A DNA stretch of 27,065 nt, taken from a virus (Duplodnaviria > Caudoviricetes). This document shows, piece after piece, positions 1-9,608 of this stretch. The notes beneath the pieces are model-generated. The model saw only the letters and a program-made list of their open reading frames with translations, did no database searches and was not told the origin of the DNA. Location of the stretch: positions 1 through 27,065 of IMG/VR virus record IMGVR_UViG_3300024264_000144. One strand, given 5' to 3'. Each line of letters opens with the position of its first letter. The stretch's first letter is position 1. A program made the position numbers and the translations under genes.

Positions 1-1848
1 ATTAGCAGCACTATCAGGTATAGCCGTCACGTTAGATTGTACTGTATCTATTAATGCAGTTACAGTAGTATAGGTAATATGGTCATTAGCGTCACTACTA
101 GAAGTAAGAGAAGATACGTTATCCTGAACTAAATCTACATTAGATTTCACACTCCCAATAGAATTAGTTAAGGTTACTGCTATGTTAGCATCATTTTCTA
201 GAGCAGCTGCTATTTCTGCTAAAGTATCTAAAGTAGTAGGTGCTGATCCTATAACAGAAGTTAAATTAGCTTGTACAGTATCAATTAAGCTACTTACTGT
301 AGTATAAGTATTATAGTCATTAGCATTATGTGATGTTGAAGCATTAACATAAGCTAGCACTTCAGCTTCAAAATTTACAAAACCAAAGTGACTAGAAGAG
401 TTGTCATACAGTAAGAAATCTCCATTAGAAATAGTATCATTACTGTTTATATCTCCAATAGCCTGTATACTATGATTTGAAAGATTAGCTACAGTATCAC
501 TTATTCCTCCAAAACTTGGAAAACCTCCTATAGATCCATTGTCTAGTACTAACTGACCTAGAGAATTTCTAATTGTGCCTTCTAAATCACCTTTGTGCGT
601 TCCATATATTATTGCGGTATTATAGCTACCGGTATCAACTACCACATGACTATTAGAAGAACTTATAAGATTACCAGTGATATCCCCAGTTACATCACCA
701 AATACGTCACCGCCAAAACTTGGAGATCCTCCTATAGAACCGTTATCTAGAACAAGTTGTCCTAGAGAATTTCTAATTGTACCTTCTAAATCACCTTTGT
801 GGGTTCCATATATTATTGCGGTATTATAGCTACCGGTATCAACTACTATATGACCGTTTGAGGAGCTTATAACATTACCAGTGATATCCCCAGTTGAGTC
901 TCCAGTGATACTACCTTGAACATCAGCATATAAAACGGCATCACTACCGTCACCTACTGAACCTACAGACAGTACGGTAACTGCTCCAGTATTAGTAGCG
1001 ACATTACCGTTCCAAGTGCCTGTTGGAGAACTACCTATAAAATCAATTAGTCCTGAAGAAAAATTTACTGTGCCCCCAAAGGTAGTAGTACCCGTAGTAT
1101 TTAAATTATGGGCATTAGCAGTATAAACGTCTAAAACAGAGTCGTTACTGTTAGTTCCTGATGTTAGTACTTTATCTGTAGAAGAGTTATCATATATATC
1201 TCCTCCGTACATATTACCTGCAAAACCGCCTATAAATGTTGTAGTACTGCTAGACACATCTACAATAACATTACCATTAGCATCTATAATATCGCCATGA
1301 AAAGTTGCAGGGGCTAAACCGTCCTTAGCATCTAAAACTATAGAGTTAGTAGGATCTGCTAAATCATACACCACCCTATTAGAATCAGGAGACTGAGCAG
1401 GTACTATAGGATTACCTACTACAGATCTATACCCCATACCTGAATGGTTAGAACAATAGTAGTATAAAGTTGGAGTATTATAAGTTACTACAATTTGGGT
1501 ATAAGCACCTGAAGAACCTGGAGTACCTACATAAGTAATTCCAGTTGTATACTCTGTACCGCTATTATGGGTACCATCAGAAGTAGTTGAAAAACGTAAA
1601 GGATGCCCAGAGTTAGAAGAGTCAGACTGATCAAATTTATAAGTGCTACCCGGCTCTAAAGATAAATTAGGCTTTAAAGAATTATCAATGTAAAAAGACC
1701 CAGCAGTAACTGTTACAATGCTAGTATTAATTGCAGAAGCACCAGGGGCGGCTCCATACTCTACTGTACCGTTAGCAGCTACGTATTTTAATACGTCTCC
1801 ATCACTAGCGGAACTTATATCGAGCAGTTTAACATTAATATCTGTCAT
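1..1848 (-). CDS. Tail fibre / virion structural protein, C-terminal part runs off the window (missing from ORF track)
   Basis: ATG at 1848 overlaps the TAA of the upstream gene (TAATG). Translates as MTDINVKLLDISSASDGDVLKY...YKFDQSDSSNSGHPLRFSTTSDGTH...TLYYYCSNHSGMG, a module I recognise from marine phage virion proteins. Also has GDITG repeats and the fibre motif APTTLDTLAEIAAALENDAN. Confidence 0.8.
   Translation of the reverse strand, partial: MTDINVKLLDISSASDGDVLKYVAANGTVEYGAAPGASAINTSIVTVTAGSFYIDNSLKPNLSLEPGSTYKFDQSDSSNSGHPLRFSTTSDGTHNSGTEYTTGITYVGTPGSSGAYTQIVVTYNTPTLYYYCSNHSGMGYRSVVGNPIVPAQSPDSNRVVYDLADPTNSIVLDAKDGLAPATFHGDIIDANGNVIVDVSSSTTTFIGGFAGNMYGGDIYDNSSTDKVLTSGTNSNDSVLDVYTANAHNLNTTGTTTFGGTVNFSSGLIDFIGSSPTGTWNGNVATNTGAVTVLSVGSVGDGSDAVLYADVQGSITGDSTGDITGNVISSSNGHIVVDTGSYNTAIIYGTHKGDLEGTIRNSLGQLVLDNGSIGGSPSFGGDVFGDVTGDITGNLISSSNSHVVVDTGSYNTAIIYGTHKGDLEGTIRNSLGQLVLDNGSIGGFPSFGGISDTVANLSNHSIQAIGDINSNDTISNGDFLLYDNSSSHFGFVNFEAEVLAYVNASTSHNANDYNTYTTVSSLIDTVQANLTSVIGSAPTTLDTLAEIAAALENDANIAVTLTNSIGSVKSNVDLVQDNVSSLTSSSDANDHITYTTVTALIDTVQSNVTAIPDSAAN
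511..895. repeat. Intragenic tandem duplication, period 204 bp (68 aa)
   Basis: 511-691 and 715-895 are near-identical; both contain TTCCATATATTATTGCGGTATTATAGCTACCGGTATCAACTAC. The differences I checked are synonymous (LGQLVLD in both). Confidence 0.9.
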
Positions 1849-4800
1849 TATATTATCCTAATCTTTAGATTTTGAGCAGCTAAAGAAGTTATTGATACTG
1901 AATTAGAAGAAGGAAAATAAGCTTCATAATCTGTACCATTAATTGCTTGTTTTACTAAAGCTTCTGCATCATAATTTATAGTAACACCATCAGATATTGG
2001 TGATGTTCCAGAGGCTGCATAAGGAGCAATCATTAGGTCAAGAGTATCAGCACTATCCTGGCTGAAGTGATAACCATCAGCTACTGCATCCAATTGTGCC
2101 TTGTCCATTCTGTTGAATGCTTGAGATGTTAAAGCTTCTTGTAAAGTTGCATGTTCATTATTATTTGTACCATTAACCCAAGTTTCGGATGTGCCGTACC
2201 CTAGCACGCTTAGATTATACGTTGCAATGCCATCAGCGTTTCTCCACGTAATGTATATACGTGATTCATCGTTATTAAAAGCTAACCCAGTAGCCAGGCC
2301 ATTGGAAGGTATATCTGAATCAAAATCTAAAGAACTTTCAAAGGTTAATGTGCTTATATCCCAAGCAGTAGAAAGATTCCATCTTCGCAATGTATTACTA
2401 TTAACATAATGTAATTTCGTACCTAAACTATTAAAAATAAGACCCTCAGCGAGATGTGATACAGAAAAAGAAATATTATCATAAGCAGCGCTGCTTAAAT
2501 CCCAAGCGGTAGAAAGAGTATATTGATATATATTTCCGGCGTTGTCAGTTGCGTACATTTTTGTTCCATCAGGCTTAAACGTTAAACCAAAGGGAGTGGC
2601 CATTTGAGAAGAAACACTAAAAAATACATTATTATAGCTGGCTGTGCTTAAATCATATGCTGTTGTGAGTACATATTCATGCACTTTATCGTTAGAGTAA
2701 CCAATTATGTATAGTTTAGTGCCATCATTGTTCCACTTCATTCCAGTTTGTAAGGTTTCTTCACTACTAGTAGTTAAACTAATAACGTCATAAACTGCTG
2801 TACTAATATCATAAGCTACAGATAAACTATACTGTCTGACATCTGGAGAGAACAAAAGTATATACATTTTAGTGCCGTCAGAGTTAAAAAGAATATCTCG
2901 TAGTTTATTACCGACTGGTATACTAAATTGACTTTCATATACTGCATCTGCAACACTAGAAACTGGCCCGCCCGTTCCAGCATCATTATTATACTGCCAA
3001 GTTCCAGAATTATTCTTTGCTATCTTTCTCACACCATCAGAACCTTTAGCTACACCCCAGCTTGTTCTATTGTCCGTTGAAACAGCATAGAACACATCAC
3101 CATCATTTTTAGTCTCGTCAGCAGTCATTGAATTAATATCTTGCCAACTTGATGAATTGATTTGACCAGTAGAAGAATTAGTGAGTGCTGGAGAGTATGT
3201 AGAGTATGGATGTACTGAAGTAGTTCCGCCCGTAATTTCATATATCGGGTTAGCACCACTATTATTATTATATATAACCCACATTCTTTTCCCGTCACTA
3301 GACATTGATAAACCACCATAAGTAATATTATTGCTGCTATTACCAGTAAGAGTTGATAAATCCATTGTCCCTGATGTTTTCGTTAAACTATTACCAGAAT
3401 TGCCTACACTAAATGCGCTAGGTAATGAATATACTTCAATACCACCATCGCCTAGACCGCTACCGTGCATCATAAGTTTAAGACCATCTGGCGATATTGC
3501 TATTGCCTCTGGATCTGAATTTCCATCGAAGTTTGCAAAAGATGTATATGACATAGTAGACATATCCCATCCAGTCGAAAGTGCAAATTCAACAACTGAG
3601 TGGTATGGACTATTATCCCACATTATTGTTATCATTTTTGTTCCATCAGAATTAAATTGAAAACTGAAGGGATTAAAATTCGTTGTAGACGGAACTCCAT
3701 CAGCACCACTAAAACTATTCCAGTTTCCGCCATTATTACAACTATAATAGCCATCATAACTTTGCGTACTTGGAGACCAAGGTGTGCTCAGTGTAAATTG
3801 CTTTATTAAATCATTACCATAATCAGACACCCAAATTCTAGTACCGTCTGGTTTTACACGTATACCGAATTGATTAGAGGTAAGTTGAGCTGTAAAATTA
3901 TCACTCGAAGCTTCAGTCATAGTAGATAAATCAAATGCTGTAGATAAATTAAATCTTAAAACTTTTCCGGCTTTTAAAACAAGCGCTATGGTTCCTTCAC
4001 TATTAAAAACAACAGAACGAACATCATCATAAACGCTTGAGGTAGGTGAAACATTATTATTGTAAACCATTGAAGCACCAGCACCACTTGCTCCTGTGGG
4101 AAATACGATATCTGCTGCTACTGAATAACCACTTAGTTCAATACCACTACCATCAGCCTTACCTTGAGCGCCAAACAGTTGCCAAGAAGAAATTGCAGAA
4201 GTATCTGCAAAAGGAGTGACTGACTTATATGTTCCAGAAGTTGCTGTAATAATAGCAGATCCAGAATTACCGACTACTTTCTTACCTACGTCTGCTGCAC
4301 TAAATGCTGCAGTACTACCTGTTGTATAGTTGTAAATGTAAGTTCCAGTCCATCCATATAATAGCGCTCCATTAGAGCTAAATCTAGTATCTGTAGTGTG
4401 ACTCGAATTTCCTTGCCAAGTAAAAGAAGTTCCAGAACTTAAAGATGATAAATCATAGCCCGGAGACATAGTAAAATACTTACTGGTCGTACTACCAAAA
4501 GCATCAGAGGCTATCACTAAAGTACCATCAGGGGAAATAGTAACAGCTTGTGTTCGAGATATAAGAGTGCTTGAAGTTGTTCCACTTAGAGATGCAGTTG
4601 TAATATCCCACGCGACCGACATGGTAAATTCTCTTAGCACAGCACTTCCAGTAATACCATCTTGAACTTGATATCCAGTTAGCCCATTCGGTTGAATAAA
4701 CAAACTAGCCATAGTATTCACAAAAATAGCAGAAGAAGCACCATGATAGGATGCAGTACTAAGATCATACGCAGTAGACATCTTCCATTGGTAAATTATA

Positions 4801-6854
4801 TTGTTTTGATAATCTCCAAAATATAAATCATATCCAGAATTAGTTATGTGTAAAGGGCAATAGTGAGCAATAGTACCTGAAACTCTACTAGACATATCTA
4901 AGGTATTTGCAGGAGTAGTATTTAGGGTACTTAAATCGTGTGGTGTACTCATAGTATATTGATAGACAGTTTTTGCATATCCGACTTGAGTTGTATTAGA
5001 TACCATATATACATGGTTACCAGTGGGATCAAATTCTACCACCTGCCAAGAACCACCACTACCTTGGGCTGTAATACTTGGAGAAGTAGAATTAAGATTA
5101 ACAGTACTCGACATTTGATAACCGACTACTGTAGGATTACTACTCGTAAAAGTACCATCACCAGTCGCACTAGGAGTTAATGTTGAACTGGCATAAGAAA
5201 TAGGTTTTTCATCATAAAAGTCATAATTTGTGGCATTAGCATTAACGTCCCAGCTACCTTTTGAACTAAATCCTGCTTGAGCAATCTCTTTAAATACGCT
5301 TACATTAGGGACAGGACTAACATTAGAAGATAAAGTAATAGTAGAACTTTCATTGTTAGCAAAACTTTTAGTTAAGCTACCAAGAGTGCCCGCTATTCCT
5401 CCTCCGGCGCTAATTGTTATATCTCCAGAACCTAGTATTGAATCTCCATTTATAGTCTTAATATTAGTATTAGACACTAAAGTGCTTTGATAACCTGATA
5501 AGTCAGGAGGAGTGTAGGTAAGAACCTCTGATCCATTATCATAAGAAATAGATCCTGTGCTAGAAGCTGACGCATTAGATACTGTTAAATTAGAGCTTCC
5601 GCCTATTTTAGAAATAGATACGATGTCTCCAGGAGCAGTATTAGCACCCAGTACTATAGAAGATCCTGTAGTAGCAGTAAATTCTGTATTTGCTAGCTTA
5701 ACACCATTTAAAAATAACTGTATACTTCCTGGGATATAAGTAGCAGCAAAAGAAGTTTGATTTGCAGTAGTTATAAACTCATACTCTGTTAAAGCAGGAG
5801 TACTACTACCACTAGATCCACCCGCAGATTGATCTACCCATACATAGTCTGATCCACCCCAGCTCAGTACTTGATCTGTTGAGGCTGTTGATCGGTTTAA
5901 ATGTAAATCAACATCAGAGTTTCCATAGCTACTTGCGACAGTACCAGGCTCCCATTTAGAATTAGCATTTACATATACTAGTGCTTGACCATTACTAGGA
6001 GCGTTAGTAGTTATATCAACATCTGTAAGATCATTAAGAGAGGCACTAGACATTCCAAAGTTAACTATCTCAACGTCATCTCCTAGAAGAGTAGCATTGT
6101 CTAGTACTACTGAATCTCCTGTAGAGGCTGAAAAGGCATTATTTGATAGTTTAACACCATTTACATATACTCCTATTTTACCTATAGTATAAGAAGGAAG
6201 AGCGGGAGTGCTAACATCATTAAAAGTTGTTATGCCTGCAGCTGTATTATTATATAGAGTAGAAGAATAAGATGTACCAGATATAACACCTCCACCACCT
6301 CCTGAACCTACAGAGCCTGAAAATTCAAAATCTAAATATCTAACTTCTACAGTAGTCCCAGATACTAGAGGTCTATTATTACTAAGTGTTAAAGAGGTGT
6401 TAGATACTGTATATTCTGAAGGTTTTTGAGCTATGCCTCCATAACTTACTAAAAGTTTATTTACGTTATCAGTAGTGTTTACAAGAGTAAAAGTATTTGT
6501 GCTTCCGTCTATTGAAAATTCTTGAGAAGTAACATTAGCAACGGATACATTACTCCCCCCAGCCCCAAAAGTATTATTAGCATAAACACCAAAACTATCT
6601 ACAGTACTAGTTAAAGAAGTTACATTGTCTTGAACTAAATCTGCAGGACCACCAACTCCTTGGCTTACAAACGACAAATTCCCGCTACCATCAGTAGCGA
6701 GAACTTGACCCGAAGAACCTACAGAAGTTGGAAGTACTAAATGGACATTAGAAGCAAGACTTGCATCAGATGCAATACTAGAAATAAAAGAATTTGATTT
6801 AAATTCTATATTAGAAGTAGACACCTTGTCTACGCGAAATGCTTGTTGTACCAT
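1848..6854 (-). CDS. Large fibre / receptor-binding virion protein with repeated beta-propeller-like blades
   Basis: 1668 aa, Ser/Thr/Gly-rich. Three N-terminal modules (LLVSYGG, VYVNGVKL, LFLNGVKL) and many Y-x-L/M-STAW/YDLSTA blades with FNxDGTKMY turns, in three clusters. Confidence 0.75.
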   Translation of the reverse strand: MVQQAFRVDKVSTSNIEFKSNSFISSIASDASLASNVHLVLPTSVGSSGQVLATDGSGNLSFVSQGVGGPADLVQDNVTSLTSTVDSFGVYANNTFGAGGSNVSVANVTSQEFSIDGSTNTFTLVNTTDNVNKLLVSYGGIAQKPSEYTVSNTSLTLSNNRPLVSGTTVEVRYLDFEFSGSVGSGGGGGVISGTSYSSTLYNNTAAGITTFNDVSTPALPSYTIGKIGVYVNGVKLSNNAFSASTGDSVVLDNATLLGDDVEIVNFGMSSASLNDLTDVDITTNAPSNGQALVYVNANSKWEPGTVASSYGNSDVDLHLNRSTASTDQVLSWGGSDYVWVDQSAGGSSGSSTPALTEYEFITTANQTSFAATYIPGSIQLFLNGVKLANTEFTATTGSSIVLGANTAPGDIVSISKIGGSSNLTVSNASASSTGSISYDNGSEVLTYTPPDLSGYQSTLVSNTNIKTINGDSILGSGDITISAGGGIAGTLGSLTKSFANNESSTITLSSNVSPVPNVSVFKEIAQAGFSSKGSWDVNANATNYDFYDEKPISYASSTLTPSATGDGTFTSSNPTVVGYQMSSTVNLNSTSPSITAQGSGGSWQVVEFDPTGNHVYMVSNTTQVGYAKTVYQYTMSTPHDLSTLNTTPANTLDMSSRVSGTIAHYCPLHITNSGYDLYFGDYQNNIIYQWKMSTAYDLSTASYHGASSAIFVNTMASLFIQPNGLTGYQVQDGITGSAVLREFTMSVAWDITTASLSGTTSSTLISRTQAVTISPDGTLVIASDAFGSTTSKYFTMSPGYDLSSLSSGTSFTWQGNSSHTTDTRFSSNGALLYGWTGTYIYNYTTGSTAAFSAADVGKKVVGNSGSAIITATSGTYKSVTPFADTSAISSWQLFGAQGKADGSGIELSGYSVAADIVFPTGASGAGASMVYNNNVSPTSSVYDDVRSVVFNSEGTIALVLKAGKVLRFNLSTAFDLSTMTEASSDNFTAQLTSNQFGIRVKPDGTRIWVSDYGNDLIKQFTLSTPWSPSTQSYDGYYSCNNGGNWNSFSGADGVPSTTNFNPFSFQFNSDGTKMITIMWDNSPYHSVVEFALSTGWDMSTMSYTSFANFDGNSDPEAIAISPDGLKLMMHGSGLGDGGIEVYSLPSAFSVGNSGNSLTKTSGTMDLSTLTGNSSNNITYGGLSMSSDGKRMWVIYNNNSGANPIYEITGGTTSVHPYSTYSPALTNSSTGQINSSSWQDINSMTADETKNDGDVFYAVSTDNRTSWGVAKGSDGVRKIAKNNSGTWQYNNDAGTGGPVSSVADAVYESQFSIPVGNKLRDILFNSDGTKMYILLFSPDVRQYSLSVAYDISTAVYDVISLTTSSEETLQTGMKWNNDGTKLYIIGYSNDKVHEYVLTTAYDLSTASYNNVFFSVSSQMATPFGLTFKPDGTKMYATDNAGNIYQYTLSTAWDLSSAAYDNISFSVSHLAEGLIFNSLGTKLHYVNSNTLRRWNLSTAWDISTLTFESSLDFDSDIPSNGLATGLAFNNDESRIYITWRNADGIATYNLSVLGYGTSETWVNGTNNNEHATLQEALTSQAFNRMDKAQLDAVADGYHFSQDSADTLDLMIAPYAASGTSPISDGVTINYDAEALVKQAINGTDYEAYFPSSNSVSITSLAAQNLKIRII

Positions 6855-6923
6855 TTAGTTTCCCTATCCACCAAAAGATTATATACTTTGCAGAGTTAGT
6901 TAGATTTCTCTGCAAAGCTTAGT

Positions 6924-8681
6924 TTATTGTATTAAATTGTGAGAAGCCACTGATATCTTTTTATTAGCGCTTCCGCCGCTAGAGCGAACTGAGATTATAT
7001 CTGAACCATCAATAGTTACATTGAAAGTAGATAACTCATTAGTACCAGTATGTACAGCACCATACTCAGTAAAGTGAACGTCTGTACCGTCATGAACAAT
7101 TAACATTTTGTTTATTTGATACTCAGAATTACTTATATCTTGAGTTAAGAAAGTTAGCTCTGCAGCTCTATATACTGTACCAGGAAAGTTAAATATTTCT
7201 GTGTCAGCAGTGCCTACAGAAGATTTAACATTAGAAGTTACGTGTAGCTGAGTATTAAGCTTAGTTACAGGAGTAGAAACCGAACCTAAGAAGGTTGAAT
7301 CGCCTGTAAAATCAGTTGTGCCATCAATAACTGCCTCTAAATTAGAGTTAATAGTATTAATGTTACTAGCGTTAGTACTAATGTTAGTATTAGCGGCAGT
7401 CAAACCATTTACTACTGCAGAAACATTATCTTGTACAAGATCAACGTCTGCACCAATAGTAGACGCAACTGTAATCTGATCGGCAGCAGTAGTTAAAGTT
7501 ATACCACTTCCTGCTACAAAAGTAAGAACGTCTGCATTAGCGCTAGCTACTACGTCAGTCTCACCAGATACTTGAATTGTATTATAGTATACTAAAGAGT
7601 CTAGTCTATTAGCATTAGTAACTGTATTAGAAGATATAGTAGGTAGATCAGTTTCTACAGTACCAAATCTAGTACTAAGATCAGCTATATCTATTCCATC
7701 TACAGTACCATCAACAACTAAGTTATTAACTCTTAAATCTGCATAACCACTAAAAGTAAAATCAGTAACTACGTTACTTCCTTCATCTTGTGTGAATGCT
7801 AAAGCTATTTGATCAGCAGACTCATCCCAACCTACAAATACATTAGCATCTGAGCCTCTGGATATAAGAACACCAGAGTCAAAAGAAGCTGCTGCAGCAC
7901 CATTAGATAGAATAAGAGTTCTATCTTGTATAGTAGTATCTACAGATCCTATAGTTGTTTGAGTTCCACCAACTACTAAATCTCCATCTACAGTAAGATT
8001 TTGATTCATAGTTACACTGCCCGTAAAGGCAGTAGAACCGTCTATTATTGCAGCTACATTATCTTGAACTAAGTTAACATTAGCATTAGTAGCGGCTACA
8101 TTATCTTGTACTGTATTGATATCAGTAGAGCCATCAACATGAATAGCTACACTTTTAGAGCCTGCATCACCGATGAGGGTAATACCGTCACCTGCAGTAA
8201 GAGTAAGCGAATCCGCATTGGCTCCTGCATCTACGTTAACACCATTAGCTGTAATGCGTCTAAAGTATTTTAAAGAGTCTAGTCTTGCACTAGCTGTTGC
8301 TACATTATCTTGTACTGTATCAATAGAAGTAGAACCTGCATTTACATTATCTTGTACATCGTCTATTAATCCTGATAAAGTTACATAAGTAGTATGTGTA
8401 TTAGCTACTCCAATTAAAACATTGTCTTGTACAAGATCAACATCCGCTTTTAGAGTAGTATAAGTATTATAAGTGTTAGCTACGCCTGCTAATATGTCTG
8501 TAGCATTAGCAGATACATTACTTTGTACTGTGTCAACTGCAGATTGAAGGGCGACTACACTTCCGCCTAACGCGAGGGAGTTAGCGGTATTGTCATAAAA
8601 GAATCCACCGGAGGTAGAAGAAATATTACCTCCGACTATAATACCTTTTTTGACCTTAAAGTCTTTTTGTTCCGTTGCCAT
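6924..8681 (-). CDS. Fibre-like virion protein with coiled-coil VQDNV repeats
   Basis: 585 aa with repeated D(T/L)VQDNV heptads, a beta-rich segment containing VGWDESAD, and a C-terminal VHDGTDVxxTEY domain. Confidence 0.7.
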   Translation of the reverse strand: MATEQKDFKVKKGIIVGGNISSTSGGFFYDNTANSLALGGSVVALQSAVDTVQSNVSANATDILAGVANTYNTYTTLKADVDLVQDNVLIGVANTHTTYVTLSGLIDDVQDNVNAGSTSIDTVQDNVATASARLDSLKYFRRITANGVNVDAGANADSLTLTAGDGITLIGDAGSKSVAIHVDGSTDINTVQDNVAATNANVNLVQDNVAAIIDGSTAFTGSVTMNQNLTVDGDLVVGGTQTTIGSVDTTIQDRTLILSNGAAAASFDSGVLISRGSDANVFVGWDESADQIALAFTQDEGSNVVTDFTFSGYADLRVNNLVVDGTVDGIDIADLSTRFGTVETDLPTISSNTVTNANRLDSLVYYNTIQVSGETDVVASANADVLTFVAGSGITLTTAADQITVASTIGADVDLVQDNVSAVVNGLTAANTNISTNASNINTINSNLEAVIDGTTDFTGDSTFLGSVSTPVTKLNTQLHVTSNVKSSVGTADTEIFNFPGTVYRAAELTFLTQDISNSEYQINKMLIVHDGTDVHFTEYGAVHTGTNELSTFNVTIDGSDIISVRSSGGSANKKISVASHNLIQ

Positions 8682-8693
8682 TTAAGTGTCTCC

Positions 8694-9608
8694 TTAGTCT
8701 AAGAATCTTAGAATCTTAATAGTATTATTTGAACTTACAGCGCTAGCTTTTATCTCAACGTTATTTGTTGCTATATTAGCATTAAAAGTAACAATAGGTT
8801 GAGTACTAGAATGTACAATTGCATATTCTGTCAATTTTACATCCGTACCATCATGGACTAATAATACCTCAGAACTTTGGTATTGTCCATATGTTAAATC
8901 TTGAACATTGATAATTAGCTTTGCAAAGTTAAAATCGTTTTTGTTAAAAGAACTCACTACTGTTTCTATAGTAGTGACGTCCACTTGAGTAGTTGAGTTC
9001 ATAGTAAAACTTTCAACTCCTCCAGAGGAAAAACTGACATTACTTACGGATGATATCTCATCTAAGTTTTCTATGCCAATAGTTCCAATATATCTTGCTC
9101 CCGATATAAATACACTCTTTCCAGAAAAATTTATACCATTAGGAAGATTATCTCCAATAAAGTTTAGTACTCCAGATTCATAGTCAAAAAACCATTCATC
9201 ATTGTTTCCTGAGCCTGTTATAAATAAGCGCGTACCATTAGTTTCAGGATTAGTTTCTCCAGCATCTGCAACATGAATTACTACTAAGTAAGTAGACCCA
9301 AATTGAGGAGGGATCCAATTCGATAATCCTGTTTTCCAAGTTCTATGCTGTGTTGACGTGTTATCAGCTACGCACTCTACTGAGTTAGAAGTAGATTCAG
9401 AATATATTTCAACAATATTTGAAGAACTTGAAGGCTTTACTGCAGGTATTAAATTAGCTTGAATCCATGTTAAATCTCCACGCTCAATAAAAGGAGAAGG
9501 AATAGCTTCGTTAGCTGCAAGCTTATTAGCATTAGTGTCAGTTTTAGTGGCTGCAAAACCTACTTTTTTCCATAGATAGTCTATTTTTTGTGAGTCAGAT
9601 ATAGCCAT
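8694..9608 (-). CDS. Virion structural protein
   Basis: 304 aa with DEWFFDYESGVLNF and a C-terminal VHDGTDVKLTEY domain shared with 6924-8681. Overlaps the stop of the upstream gene by 1 nt. Confidence 0.65.
   Translation of the reverse strand: MAISDSQKIDYLWKKVGFAATKTDTNANKLAANEAIPSPFIERGDLTWIQANLIPAVKPSSSSNIVEIYSESTSNSVECVADNTSTQHRTWKTGLSNWIPPQFGSTYLVVIHVADAGETNPETNGTRLFITGSGNNDEWFFDYESGVLNFIGDNLPNGINFSGKSVFISGARYIGTIGIENLDEISSVSNVSFSSGGVESFTMNSTTQVDVTTIETVVSSFNKNDFNFAKLIINVQDLTYGQYQSSEVLLVHDGTDVKLTEYAIVHSSTQPIVTFNANIATNNVEIKASAVSSNNTIKILRFLD

Noticed and set aside
511-895. Diversity-generating retroelement template/variable repeat pair
   Set aside because: Both copies are in-frame and tandem, the differences checked are synonymous rather than adenine-specific, and no reverse transcriptase is in the window.
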